From contig OY762940.1 of the NCBI GenBank assembly GCA_963667255.1, positions 1,056,001-1,120,000 on the forward strand: a DNA stretch of 64,000 bases, read 5' to 3'. Below the pieces are notes generated by a model. That model worked only from the letters and a program-made list of their open reading frames with translations, did not search any database and was not told where the DNA came from. Positions 31,661 to 41,243 of this stretch are shown here, in pieces (within the stretch, counting starts at the first letter, position 1; every line of letters begins with the position of its first letter). The position numbers were made by a program, and so were the translations under genes. Origin of the DNA: Candidatus Cloacimonadota bacterium (lineage in GTDB: Bacteria > Cloacimonadota > Cloacimonadia > G963667145).

Positions 31661-32746
31661 ATGAGAAAAAGAGCAAAATTGTTTCTCACAGTTGTAGCGA
31701 TGCTTTCTTTGACAGTTAGTTTGATGGCTGCAGGTGTGGACGAATTGAGAGTAGGAGCGGTATATATTGGACCTGCTCGTGACGGTGGTTGGACTCAAGC
31801 CCACGATGATGGTATTGAGTCTTTGCGTGATTTGCCTTATGTAAAGAAAATCATGAAAAAAGAGGAAGTTCCGGAAAGTTCTGAAGCTAGTAAAGCTATG
31901 ACTCAAATGATCAAATTGGGAAAATGTAATCTTATTTTTGCCACTTCTTTTGGTTACATGGATCAATCTTTGGGTGTAGCTAAAGATAATCCAGATGTAG
32001 TTGTCATGCACTGTTCCGGATACAAAACAGCTGATAATATGGGAACATATTACGGTAAAATTTACCAAGCTAAATTCTTGGGCGGTATGGTAGCTGGAAT
32101 GATGACAAAGTCTAACAAAATCGGTTATGTTGCTCCTATCGCTATCCCTGAGATTTATCGTCTTGTTGATGCTTTCGCTCTTGGTGTAAAATCTGTAAAC
32201 AAAAAAGCCAAAGTGCAAGTTGTTTGGGTTGGTTCTTGGTTCGATCCTGCCAAAGAGATGGATGCCGCTAAATCTATGATTGAGCAAGGTTGTGATGTTA
32301 TTACCCAAGGTGGAGACTCTCCAGCTCCTCAACAAGCTGCTGAAAAAGCAGGTGTTTGGGCTATCGGTCATGACAATGACATGAGTGCTTATGCTCCTAC
32401 AAAGAGCCTTACTTCTGTGGTATGGCACTGGGGTGTAATTTACAAGATGGTAGCAGAAGCTGTTCATAATGGGACTTGGAAAGCTCAAGGTCCTTCTGAC
32501 TTTTGGCCAGATATCAGCACTGGTGTAGCTGGTCTTACACCTTATACCAAAAATGTACCTAAGAAAGTTCAAGACAAAGTTGAAGCTATGAAGGCGAAAA
32601 TTGTTAGCGGTGACTACAAAATTTTCGAAGGTCCTCTTTATGATCAAGACGGCGAACTCAGAGTTAAGAAAGGTCAAGTTATGAAACCTCAAGAACTTTT
32701 GAGCATGGACTGGCTTGTTGACAACATCGTAGGGAATAAAAAATAA
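31661..32746 (+). CDS. BMP family ABC substrate-binding protein (purine nucleoside-like)
   Basis: DGGWTQAH, FATSFGYMD, GSWFDPAKE; SD AAGGAG; signal peptide without lipobox. Confidence 0.9.
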   Translation: MRKRAKLFLTVVAMLSLTVSLMAAGVDELRVGAVYIGPARDGGWTQAHDDGIESLRDLPYVKKIMKKEEVPESSEASKAMTQMIKLGKCNLIFATSFGYMDQSLGVAKDNPDVVVMHCSGYKTADNMGTYYGKIYQAKFLGGMVAGMMTKSNKIGYVAPIAIPEIYRLVDAFALGVKSVNKKAKVQVVWVGSWFDPAKEMDAAKSMIEQGCDVITQGGDSPAPQQAAEKAGVWAIGHDNDMSAYAPTKSLTSVVWHWGVIYKMVAEAVHNGTWKAQGPSDFWPDISTGVAGLTPYTKNVPKKVQDKVEAMKAKIVSGDYKIFEGPLYDQDGELRVKKGQVMKPQELLSMDWLVDNIVGNKK

Positions 32747-32761
32747 TTTTATTTTTTGTTT

Positions 32762-32793
32762 AAGCGGAAACTGAATAGTTTCCGCTTTTTTTT
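32762..32793 (+). terminator. Intrinsic terminator
   Basis: AAGCGGAAACT-GAAT-AGTTTCCGCTT followed by T tract. Confidence 0.85.
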
Positions 32794-32838
32794 GTTCAGA
32801 ATAATTGACATTTTCATTGCCTATCAATTTGTTTCGTC

Positions 32839-35082
32839 ATGATAAATTTTAGATTTGAAGTTTCGGGCTTCTCTTTTTGTTCCAATAAAACTTATGTTTT
32901 TTCCGATGAATTTTGTTTGAAGCGAAGTCTTTATAAATTGCAGACTTCGGGGAAGATACTCGAAGGAGCTTTCATTACGCAAAGCCAATTTTTCGATAGC
33001 TTGAAGAACTCCTTGGATTTCCCCTTAATATCTCCTGAATTGAGGGAGTTAGTTTTTTGGCAAGCCTGTGCTAACGAAGATAGTTTTGAGGTCGTTTCTG
33101 AAAAAGCAAAACGGTTTTTTTCTTTTTGGAGAGAGGTTAACGGCTTGGTGTTTGAGCAAAACGAGATAGAAAAAATTTTGATTTCTAATCAGCTAAAGCG
33201 ATGGAACAGGCAATGCGGATACAGAGAGAAATATTTAGAGAAAATTAGGTCTATGGGGTTTGCAGACGATGAGGTTGAAAGCGTTGAATACAGTGCTGAG
33301 TCGCTTTATGAAACCTCGATTGTTTTTTATGATTGCTTGAATTTTACACCTAAACAAGCGAATTGGCTGAAAAATTCTGAAGAGAGAATTGAGTTCAGTT
33401 TCTCTTTTCCCGAGGCAATTTACGATAAAGAAAGATTGTGTGTTCGTGATTTTGCTGTGAAACAATTGGAGCACTTTTCTTTTCCTCGGGTCGAGATTAA
33501 GCAATACGAAGACAAATTTTTCATGGATGCTGCTTTGGTGAATGATGGAGTTAAGAGTGCTTATGGCAACTATTCTGAGCCTGCATTTAATGTTTTTGGC
33601 AGAGATTTTTTCTTAAAAAATAGGAAGAGTTTCCGCTTTTTGTCGGCTCTCAAGGGACTTATAACGGGCATCAAAAATAATAGAATCCCTTTGGAGAAGT
33701 TGTTGTCTTTGGTCTTGGTTCATTCGTGGAAAGGCGAAAGTAGTGATGCCGTTGTTATTGATAAAAACTTGGTTCTAAATCTAATAGACAGGCAGTATAA
33801 GTTTTTGTTTGGTAGTGAAATAAAGACGGAATTTCTTGCTTTTATCAAGGAGTTGAGCTCGAATTTTGATTTCTTCTTTTCATATTTGAAAAAATTGGAC
33901 GATAGCCCTATTTACCTTGAGAAAATCGATGAGTTGCTTGAGTTGACCAAAACAATTAATTTCAGTCCATTACAGGCTTTGGATTACTTCTTGTCCAAAA
34001 ATGCAAAAGAGTTGGTAGCGACTAACAAAAATAAGGTTAATATCAAACCTTTGCATATCAAGGTTTCGTTGGGAGATTTTACCGCCTATAATGCGACCGA
34101 GGGCTTCTTAAATGGCTTCTGCAAAGACGGAGATTTTTTTAGTGAAGAGCAGAAGAAAAATCTGGGACTTCTTTCCAGCGAGCAAGCTAAGAATATTCGC
34201 AAATTTTGTTTTTTATCCCTGCTTCAATCTCACAAGAATGTTACTATTTATACTTACGAAGAGCCGATTAACAGTATTCAGATAGCTTCTGTTTTAGAGG
34301 AGTTGAGGGCTTCCGATTTGGATGTTGAGTTTACCAAATATTCTGATTTGGATTTGAAAAGGTTGCTTTCTTTGATATTGCCGAGTGAAAATAGTTATGA
34401 TTTTGGGGAAGAAACCGAGTTTGTTTTCCCGTATTCTGGAGAGAAGTTGGACAATTTTTCTTATAGTGAAGCCAAGAGTTTGTTGGAAAATGCGGAGAGC
34501 TATTACCTTAATTATGTGCTGAAGATTAGAGAGTTTAATTTGCCGTCGAGGAGTATCGAAAGCAATTTGCTGGGGGAGATTGCCCACAAGATTTTCCAGG
34601 TGTATCTTCAAAAAGGGAAGCCGGAAAATATTTCCGAAATTGCTGAAAAGGTTTTGTCCAGCTATTCTGACAAATTGCCTGACAATTATCACAAGCTATT
34701 TTTTGAAAAATATACAGTTGAGACGATAATGGAAAGTTTGCAATATTTTGTTTCTGAAGTTGAACAGGCAGTCGGCGAGTGCGAAAAAAATCTCGAAAAA
34801 TATTTTCCCGATTGTGGAATAACTTTACGGGGAAGATTGGATTATTTGACTGAAAACGCTTTGTTTGACTTCAAAACTGGCAGTAAAAATAATTTAGATC
34901 CTGCACAATTGGAGTTTTACTCTTTGCTCGCCGAAAATCTGCCAGCGTGTTTCTATCTTGTTTTTGAAAAAGAGGTAGTGCCATTTTGGGAGAAAAGAAA
35001 TTACCAGCCTATTTTATCTGCTTTAAAAGAGAAGATTAGAAGAGTGAAAACGGAAGGCTTTAAGGGAAATTACGACGAGTAG
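32839..35082 (+). CDS. AddB/RecB-like PD-(D/E)XK nuclease family protein
   Basis: C-terminal FSYS...YYLNYVLKI, GEIAH, GRLDY...DFKTG, QLEFY. Confidence 0.72.
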   Translation: MINFRFEVSGFSFCSNKTYVFSDEFCLKRSLYKLQTSGKILEGAFITQSQFFDSLKNSLDFPLISPELRELVFWQACANEDSFEVVSEKAKRFFSFWREVNGLVFEQNEIEKILISNQLKRWNRQCGYREKYLEKIRSMGFADDEVESVEYSAESLYETSIVFYDCLNFTPKQANWLKNSEERIEFSFSFPEAIYDKERLCVRDFAVKQLEHFSFPRVEIKQYEDKFFMDAALVNDGVKSAYGNYSEPAFNVFGRDFFLKNRKSFRFLSALKGLITGIKNNRIPLEKLLSLVLVHSWKGESSDAVVIDKNLVLNLIDRQYKFLFGSEIKTEFLAFIKELSSNFDFFFSYLKKLDDSPIYLEKIDELLELTKTINFSPLQALDYFLSKNAKELVATNKNKVNIKPLHIKVSLGDFTAYNATEGFLNGFCKDGDFFSEEQKKNLGLLSSEQAKNIRKFCFLSLLQSHKNVTIYTYEEPINSIQIASVLEELRASDLDVEFTKYSDLDLKRLLSLILPSENSYDFGEETEFVFPYSGEKLDNFSYSEAKSLLENAESYYLNYVLKIREFNLPSRSIESNLLGEIAHKIFQVYLQKGKPENISEIAEKVLSSYSDKLPDNYHKLFFEKYTVETIMESLQYFVSEVEQAVGECEKNLEKYFPDCGITLRGRLDYLTENALFDFKTGSKNNLDPAQLEFYSLLAENLPACFYLVFEKEVVPFWEKRNYQPILSALKEKIRRVKTEGFKGNYDE

Positions 35083-35083
35083 T

Positions 35084-35662
35084 TTATCCCATTTTTTCTT
35101 CAATGAGAGACAATTTTGTTTCACAATCTTCTTTTGTTTTGAGGTAAATAGGCTCGGAATAGTTTGCTTCAATTCTGCTGAAAGGCTTGGGAATTATCAA
35201 TCTGTCCCAAGATGATAGTCGCCAACAAGAGCTGAATCTCATCTCTATGCAGACTATGGGAATTTGTTTTTTTTGAGCAATGAAGAGAAATCCCGGTTTG
35301 CACTGTTTGGCAGGACCTCTTGGACCATCTAAGGCGGTGGCAATTGTGTTGTCAATTTTCAGCAGAGCTTTGAGTGCAGAGACTCCGTTGTTGCCGGAGG
35401 AACCGCGAACAGTCTCAAATCCAAGTGCTTCCAAGGGACCGGAGATTAGTTGACCGTCTTTGGATGAAGAGACCAAAACAGCCTCTCCTTCGTTTCTGTG
35501 GCAATAGGCAAGAGTGATTAAATTGCAATGCCAAAAGGCGAAAATTTTTTTCATCTCGATGGGAGGAACATTGGTTCGCACAATTCTGCAGGTCAAACAA
35601 AGAAGCTTGATTAGCCAAGCACCCAAGTGTTTTTCTAAAAAAATAAAAATTTTGTTTTTCAT
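35084..35662 (-). CDS. DUF374 lysophospholipid acyltransferase family protein
   Basis: AFWH, SSSKDG, VRGSS, DGPRGP, SWDRLIIPKPFS. Confidence 0.88.
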   Translation of the reverse strand: MKNKIFIFLEKHLGAWLIKLLCLTCRIVRTNVPPIEMKKIFAFWHCNLITLAYCHRNEGEAVLVSSSKDGQLISGPLEALGFETVRGSSGNNGVSALKALLKIDNTIATALDGPRGPAKQCKPGFLFIAQKKQIPIVCIEMRFSSCWRLSSWDRLIIPKPFSRIEANYSEPIYLKTKEDCETKLSLIEEKMG

Positions 35663-35769
35663 AATCTTTACTCTCTTCGAGCAATGAAATTTTGTGTCAA
35701 TGAAAATCTGTTTGATGAAATCTTCACTTTTAATTTGACAAAAAATTATTTAATTAAATTAATCGAGCA

Positions 35770-35874
35770 TGTTTCCGAGTTCACTATCTCGTAGCGATTA
35801 TCAGAACCGCCGAATACTGAACCGTTAGGGCATAATTGGAAACGATTATACCTCCCGCATTTGGAAAGGAAACA
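35770..35874 (+). ncRNA. Moco RNA motif riboswitch (probably tungsten-cofactor subtype)
   Basis: P1 TGTTTCC/GGAAACA; conserved TAGGG...GAAA tetraloop...CCTCCCG-CATTTGGAAAGG core; directly upstream of the AOR operon. Confidence 0.85.
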
Positions 35875-35899
35875 AAACCAAATTAGGGAGGATTTTAGT

Positions 35900-36382
35900 A
35901 TGTCCAAGAAAAAAGTGTTGCTTTTGCAACCTGAGAAATGTGTTGATTGTCACAATTGCCAATTGGCGTGTTCTCTCGCTCATGAGGGCGTTTTTAGCCC
36001 CACCAAATCTTGTATTTCCGTTTTAGCTTCCAAATTAAAATTTTCTGTACCTCTCACATGTTTGCAATGTAAAGAACCGGCTTGTGCGACCGTTTGCACT
36101 ACTGGAGCTTTGAGCAAAAACCAAGAAACAGGCAGAGTTGACTACGACAAGAGCAAATGTATAGGTTGCAGATTGTGTGTAGCTGCTTGTCCTTTTGGCA
36201 ATATTTCCTATTCTACCGATGCGGGTAAAGTTTACAAGTGTGATACTTGCGACGGCGATCCTTCATGTGCCAAAGTTTGCCCAACAGGAGCTATCTCTTG
36301 GGTTGATGAAAATGAAGAGACTTTGGAGAGGAAAAAAGTTATTTCGGAAAAGTTGCTTCAAGCTTTTGGGATGGAGGTGTAA
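35900..36382 (+). CDS. 4x[4Fe-4S] ferredoxin-like small subunit of aldehyde oxidoreductase (WorS/AorA-like)
   Basis: Four Cys clusters (CVDCHNC, CLQC..PAC, CIGCRLC, CDTC); SD GGAGG, ATG at 35900. Confidence 0.9.
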   Translation: MSKKKVLLLQPEKCVDCHNCQLACSLAHEGVFSPTKSCISVLASKLKFSVPLTCLQCKEPACATVCTTGALSKNQETGRVDYDKSKCIGCRLCVAACPFGNISYSTDAGKVYKCDTCDGDPSCAKVCPTGAISWVDENEETLERKKVISEKLLQAFGMEV

Positions 36383-36383
36383 G

Positions 36384-38201
36384 ATGAATGCATGGACAGG
36401 AAAAGTTTTAAGAGTTAATTTGACTAAAGGCTTGGTTGAAGTCGAAAAATTGAATTTCGATTTTGCCAAAAACTACATTGGCGGTAGAGGCTTGGGTGTC
36501 AGATATTTTGTGAACGAAGTATCGCCCAAAGTTGATCCGCTTTCCGCAGAAAACAAACTGATTTTTGCTACTGGTCCGTTGACTGGATGTATGGGAGCTT
36601 CTACGGGAAGATATGAGGTTGTGACTAAATCTCCTTTGACAGGAACTATTGCTGGTTCAAACTCGGGTGGACATTTCGGCCCAGAATTGAAATATGCTGG
36701 ATACGATATGGTGATTTTCGAAGGCAAATCCCCCAAACCGGTTTATTTGAGTATTGATGATGACAAAGTTGAACTTCGCTCTGCTGAAGAACTTTGGGGG
36801 AAAGATGTCCCCACTACTACCGACACGATTGTGCAAGCTACTTCTCCAAGTGCCAAAGTTTGCTGTATAGGTCTTGCCGGAGAAAAAATGGCTTTGCTTG
36901 CTTGTATAATGAACGACAAGGACAGAGCTGCCGGAAGAACAGGTCTTGGTGCAGTGATGGGTTCTAAAAATCTCAAGGCTATTGCTGTGCACGGAACTGG
37001 CAATGTAATTCCAGCAGATGCTAAAAAAGCCCTTGATGTGACTATTGATGTTATCGGGAAATTGAAGGCTCACCCCGTTGGTGGAACAGGTCTTCCTACT
37101 TACGGGACCAACATTTTGGTCAATATCATCAATGAATCTGGTGGTTTCCCTACTCGCAACTTTACGGATGCTCAATTTGCAACCGCCAACAAAATTGGTG
37201 GAGAGTCTTTGGCGGATAAGCAATTGGTTAAGAAAAAATCTTGTTTCGGTTGTCCTATCTCTTGCGGTCGGGTTTGCAAGGTCACTAACGAAAAATATGC
37301 TGGATATGGTGAAGGACCTGAATACGAAAGTGCTTGGTCTTTCGGTGGAGAGTGCGGTGTTGACAATCTTGATGCCGTGGTTAAGGCGAATTTCATTTGT
37401 AACGAGAATGGTTTGGATACGATTTCCATCGGTTCTACTATCGGTTGTTTGATGGAGATGTATGAAGCAGGTTTGGTAAAAAAAGAGGATATAGGCTTTG
37501 AAATCGGTTTTGGCGATGAAGAAGCTATGGTTAAATTGGTAAGTATGGCAGCTAATTTGGAAGGAATTGGGAAATTGATTGCCCAAGGTTCTTACAGATT
37601 GTCCGAAAAATTTGGCGACACCAGTTATTCAATGAGTGTGAAAAAACTTGAAATGCCGGCTTACGACCCCCGAGCTATTCAAGGTATAGGTTTAAACTAT
37701 GCCACTTCGAATAACGGTGCCGCCCATGTTAGAGGCTACACTATCTCTCCTGAGGTTTTGGGTGTGCCACAAAAAATCGACCAATTTACCACCGAAGCCA
37801 AAGAGGTTTGGGTAAAAGGTTTCCAAGATTTGACTGCTTGTATAGATTCTTCAGGAATTTGCTTGTTCACTACTTTTGGTCTTGGAGCTCCTGAGATTGC
37901 CGATCAACTTGCTGCCAATACCGGCTTGGATTACACAGCCGACAGTATCGTGGCTATCGGAGAGAGAATACACAACTTGGAGAGATTGTTCAATCTCAAG
38001 GCTGGGATTACTCCTGCTGATGATACTCTTCCCAAGAGAATGTTCGAGTTGCCGGTGATAACAGGACCAGCCAAAGGCAATACCAGTAAAGTAAAGGAAA
38101 TGCTTCCTGCTTATTATAAATTACGAGGTTGGGGGAATGATGGTATTCCTTCCAAAGATAAATTGAAAGAATTGGAGTTATCAGAAATTAAATTTCTCTA
38201 A
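36384..38201 (+). CDS. aor: Tungsten-containing aldehyde oxidoreductase catalytic subunit
   Basis: YIGGRGLG, KSPLTG, AAGRTGLGAVMGSKNLKA, CFGCPISC, GPEYE, DTIS, GICLF; ATG at 36384 after GGAGG. Confidence 0.95.
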   Translation: MNAWTGKVLRVNLTKGLVEVEKLNFDFAKNYIGGRGLGVRYFVNEVSPKVDPLSAENKLIFATGPLTGCMGASTGRYEVVTKSPLTGTIAGSNSGGHFGPELKYAGYDMVIFEGKSPKPVYLSIDDDKVELRSAEELWGKDVPTTTDTIVQATSPSAKVCCIGLAGEKMALLACIMNDKDRAAGRTGLGAVMGSKNLKAIAVHGTGNVIPADAKKALDVTIDVIGKLKAHPVGGTGLPTYGTNILVNIINESGGFPTRNFTDAQFATANKIGGESLADKQLVKKKSCFGCPISCGRVCKVTNEKYAGYGEGPEYESAWSFGGECGVDNLDAVVKANFICNENGLDTISIGSTIGCLMEMYEAGLVKKEDIGFEIGFGDEEAMVKLVSMAANLEGIGKLIAQGSYRLSEKFGDTSYSMSVKKLEMPAYDPRAIQGIGLNYATSNNGAAHVRGYTISPEVLGVPQKIDQFTTEAKEVWVKGFQDLTACIDSSGICLFTTFGLGAPEIADQLAANTGLDYTADSIVAIGERIHNLERLFNLKAGITPADDTLPKRMFELPVITGPAKGNTSKVKEMLPAYYKLRGWGNDGIPSKDKLKELELSEIKFL

Positions 38202-38210
38202 TTGATTTGA

Positions 38211-38249
38211 GACGGAGCTCTGTATTAATTGCAGAGTTCCGTTTTCTTT
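38211..38249 (+). terminator. Intrinsic terminator-like hairpin inside the aor operon
   Basis: GACGGAGCTCTGTA-TTAAT-TGCAGAGTTCCGTT then TTCTTT. Confidence 0.65.
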
Positions 38250-38275
38250 ATTAAAAAAAGCTAAAGGATTTTTAA

Positions 38276-38728
38276 ATGGATGAAATATTATCTCGGTATA
38301 AAAAACCTTCCGATGTGATTGCGGTTCTGCAAGATACACAAGAAAAATTTTCTTATCTTTCCGAAGAAAATTTACGAAAAATCAGCCAACACTACCAAAT
38401 TTCTTATGCTTATTTGCATTCCATAGTAACCTTTTACAAAGCTTTTTCGTTGGTGAAAAAGGGCAAAAATGTTATTAGGGTGTGTGATGGCACGGCTTGT
38501 CATATAAAAGGTTCGGTCAAAATTTTGGAAGAACTTCACCGATTGCTGGGCATTAATCCTGGGCAGACAACTGCCGATGAAATGTTTTCCGTGGAAACTG
38601 TAGCTTGCCTTGGTGTGTGTGCGATTGCTCCGGTTATGCTGATAAACGACAAATATTACGGAAATTTGCAAATGGGAGAAATCAGCGGAATAGTTGAAAG
38701 CTATAAAAAGCAGGAGTCGGAAAAATGA
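38276..38728 (+). CDS. NuoE/HydC-like [2Fe-2S] subunit (BfuC-like)
   Basis: VTFY, VCDGTACH, CLGVCAIAP. Confidence 0.92.
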   Translation: MDEILSRYKKPSDVIAVLQDTQEKFSYLSEENLRKISQHYQISYAYLHSIVTFYKAFSLVKKGKNVIRVCDGTACHIKGSVKILEELHRLLGINPGQTTADEMFSVETVACLGVCAIAPVMLINDKYYGNLQMGEISGIVESYKKQESEK

Positions 38729-40497
38729 AAACTATTTATGTATGTTACGGAACAGGTTGCAAAGCCGGTGGTGGTGGTCCTATATCCGATAAATTTGCTG
38801 CTTTGTGCCGAGATAACGAAGTGCGGGTAAAGAGAACCGGTTGCCACGGTTTGTGCCAAGAAGGTCCCTTGGTTCACATCTCTCCCGACGAGATAACTTA
38901 CACCAAAGTCAAAGTGGAAGATGTTCAGGAGATTGTTGAAAAAACGATTAGGAATAACGAGGTTGTCGAGAGATTGCTTTACATCGACAAGGCTCAAAAA
39001 AAACGGGTAAAATCCAAAAATGATTGGTCTTTTTGTAGCAAGCAAAAACGAGTTGTTTTAAAAGAAGTGGGCGAGATTGACCCTCAAAAAATAGAAGACT
39101 ATTTGCAAGCTGGTGGCTACAAGGCACTCAAAAAAGCTTTGGAAATTGGTAGTCAACAGATTTTGCAAGAAGTAAACGATTCCGGTTTGCGAGGTAGAGG
39201 TGGTGGAGGTTTCCATACCGGTAGGAAGTGGAACTCTGTTGCTAAAGCCACAGGTGAACAAAAATTCGTTTTGTGCAACGGAGACGAGGGCGACCCGGGT
39301 GCTTTTATGGACAGGAGCATCATGGAGGGTAATCCTCATTTGGTTTTGGAAGGAATGGCTATCGCAGCTGTCGCCGTGGGAGCGAGTAGAGGCTATGTGT
39401 ATGTGCGAAACGAATATCCTATGGCAGTTGAGCATCTGCAAATGGCTATCGATAGTGCCGAGGGAAAAGGGTATTTGGGACAGAATATTTTGGGTAGCGG
39501 TTTCAATCTGAAAATCGAAATTAAGCGAGGTGCCGGTGCTTTTGTTTGTGGAGAGTCTTCGGCTCTGATGCGGTCAATTGAGGGTAAAATCGGTCAGCCC
39601 AACGAAAAGCACATTCATGCTTCGGACAAAGGTGTGTTTGAAAGCCCAACACTTCTGAACAATGTGGAGACTTATGCCAATGTTCCTACCATAATTTTGG
39701 GTGGAGGAAAAGCTTATGCAGCAACTGGAACGAAAAAATCCCCGGGAACAAAAGTCTTTTCACTGGTCGGCAAAGTGGTAAACACTGGTCTGATAGAAGT
39801 GGAAATGGGTGTGAGCTTGCGAGAAATTATTTTTGATATCGGAGGTGGTATAAAAAACGGCAGAAAGTTCAAGGCGGTGCAAACAGGCGGTCCTTCAGGC
39901 GGTTGCCTTACCGCTGACCATCTTGATGTGAAAATCGACTTTGACACACTCATCGAATACGGCTCAATGATGGGCTCAGGTGGAATGATTATCATGGACG
40001 AGTTTGACTGTATGGTGGAGGTTGCTCGCTATTTCACGGGATTTCTCATTGAAGAGTCTTGTGGCAGATGCACTCCATGCAGAGACGGACTTTTGCAGGT
40101 TTACAAAATTTTGGACAGGATTAGCAAAGGCGAAGGCAAAATGGAAGATTTGGACACTTTGGAAGAGTTCGGACAATACTTGGAATCTTCGGCCTTGTGT
40201 GGCTTGGGCAAATCCGCAGCCAATCCTTTTTTATCAACTTTAAAATATTTCCGCCACGAATTTGTGGAACACATTGAACAAAAATTTTGCCGAGCCGGAG
40301 TTTGTAAGGAACTTTCGACTTTTGTAATTGACGAAGAAAAGTGCAAGAGTTGCGGAATGTGTGCCAAGGTTTGTTCGTTTGGAGCAATCCAAGTTGACGG
40401 CAAAAAATACAGCATCGACCAGTCAAAATGTATGAAATGCAGGGCTTGTTTGGAAGCTTGTAAATTCGGAGCTGTGAGCATAGCAGGGAGGCAATAA
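38725..40497 (+). CDS. NuoF/HydB-like FMN/NAD-binding subunit (BfuB-like)
   Basis: N-terminal [2Fe-2S], LRGRGGGGF, GDEGDPGAFMDR, GAFVCGE, CGRCTPCR, C-terminal 2x[4Fe-4S]. Confidence 0.93.
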   Translation: MKTIYVCYGTGCKAGGGGPISDKFAALCRDNEVRVKRTGCHGLCQEGPLVHISPDEITYTKVKVEDVQEIVEKTIRNNEVVERLLYIDKAQKKRVKSKNDWSFCSKQKRVVLKEVGEIDPQKIEDYLQAGGYKALKKALEIGSQQILQEVNDSGLRGRGGGGFHTGRKWNSVAKATGEQKFVLCNGDEGDPGAFMDRSIMEGNPHLVLEGMAIAAVAVGASRGYVYVRNEYPMAVEHLQMAIDSAEGKGYLGQNILGSGFNLKIEIKRGAGAFVCGESSALMRSIEGKIGQPNEKHIHASDKGVFESPTLLNNVETYANVPTIILGGGKAYAATGTKKSPGTKVFSLVGKVVNTGLIEVEMGVSLREIIFDIGGGIKNGRKFKAVQTGGPSGGCLTADHLDVKIDFDTLIEYGSMMGSGGMIIMDEFDCMVEVARYFTGFLIEESCGRCTPCRDGLLQVYKILDRISKGEGKMEDLDTLEEFGQYLESSALCGLGKSAANPFLSTLKYFRHEFVEHIEQKFCRAGVCKELSTFVIDEEKCKSCGMCAKVCSFGAIQVDGKKYSIDQSKCMKCRACLEACKFGAVSIAGRQ

Positions 40498-41243
40498 TGA
40501 AAATTTTTATAAACGACAAAGAATGTTCCGCTTGCAAAGGGCAAACTTTATTGCAAGTTGCTCTGGATAACGGCTTTTATATCCCGACTTTGTGCCACAA
40601 TAAAGAGCTTGGAAACTATGCGGGCTGTAGATTGTGTGTGGCTGAACTTCGCGAGGGAGATTGGAGCAAGTTGGTCGCTTCCTGTGAGTTTCCGGTCAAA
40701 GATGGACAAACTTTTTATTTGGATACAGAGAATGTTAAGAAATCGCGAGATTTGTCGGCAAGTCTGCTTTTGGCAAGGTCTCCGGAGTCCAAAAAAGTTT
40801 TAGATGAGATTATGCGAAAAGATGTGGAGATGAGATTTGAGCCGATGACACCGCATTTGGAAGGTTGTATTCTTTGCGGAAAGTGTTATAGGGCTTGTCA
40901 AAAATTGGGAACGGGAGCAATTTCCACCATCAATAGAGGTCACGAAATCACCGTGGAAACTCCGTATGAACAAGGGAATCCCGATTGTATTGGCTGTCTT
41001 GCTTGTGCCGAGGCTTGTCCTACAGGTGCGATTAAGGTTTTCAGGTCGAAAACTCAAGTTGGTATTTGGCATCTTACTCACGAATTGCTTGCTTGTCCGA
41101 TGTGTGGCAAGAGACATATCACGCAAAAATCTTTGGATTTCTTTAGTAAAAAAACAGGAATCCCAAGCGAAGAATTGATTATTTGTCCCGATTGTCGCCA
41201 GAAAAAAACCTCAATGGATCTTCTGTCAGGAATTTCCAGATGA
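40497..41243 (+). CDS. NuoG/HydA N-terminal-like iron-sulfur subunit without catalytic domain (BfuA-like)
   Basis: IPTLC..CRLC..ASC [2Fe-2S], two CxxCxxCxxxC, C-terminal CPMC/CPDC. Confidence 0.88.
   Translation: MKIFINDKECSACKGQTLLQVALDNGFYIPTLCHNKELGNYAGCRLCVAELREGDWSKLVASCEFPVKDGQTFYLDTENVKKSRDLSASLLLARSPESKKVLDEIMRKDVEMRFEPMTPHLEGCILCGKCYRACQKLGTGAISTINRGHEITVETPYEQGNPDCIGCLACAEACPTGAIKVFRSKTQVGIWHLTHELLACPMCGKRHITQKSLDFFSKKTGIPSEELIICPDCRQKKTSMDLLSGISR

Noticed and set aside
31640..32827. 395-aa antisense ORF over the BMP gene
   Set aside because: No recognisable motifs; a shadow of strong codon bias in a highly expressed gene.
36195..36383. N-terminal extension of AOR (similarly 35861, 22303, 31598, 41183 starts)
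   Set aside because: These overlap upstream genes or RNA elements; downstream starts have SD sequences or coupling and family-typical N-termini.
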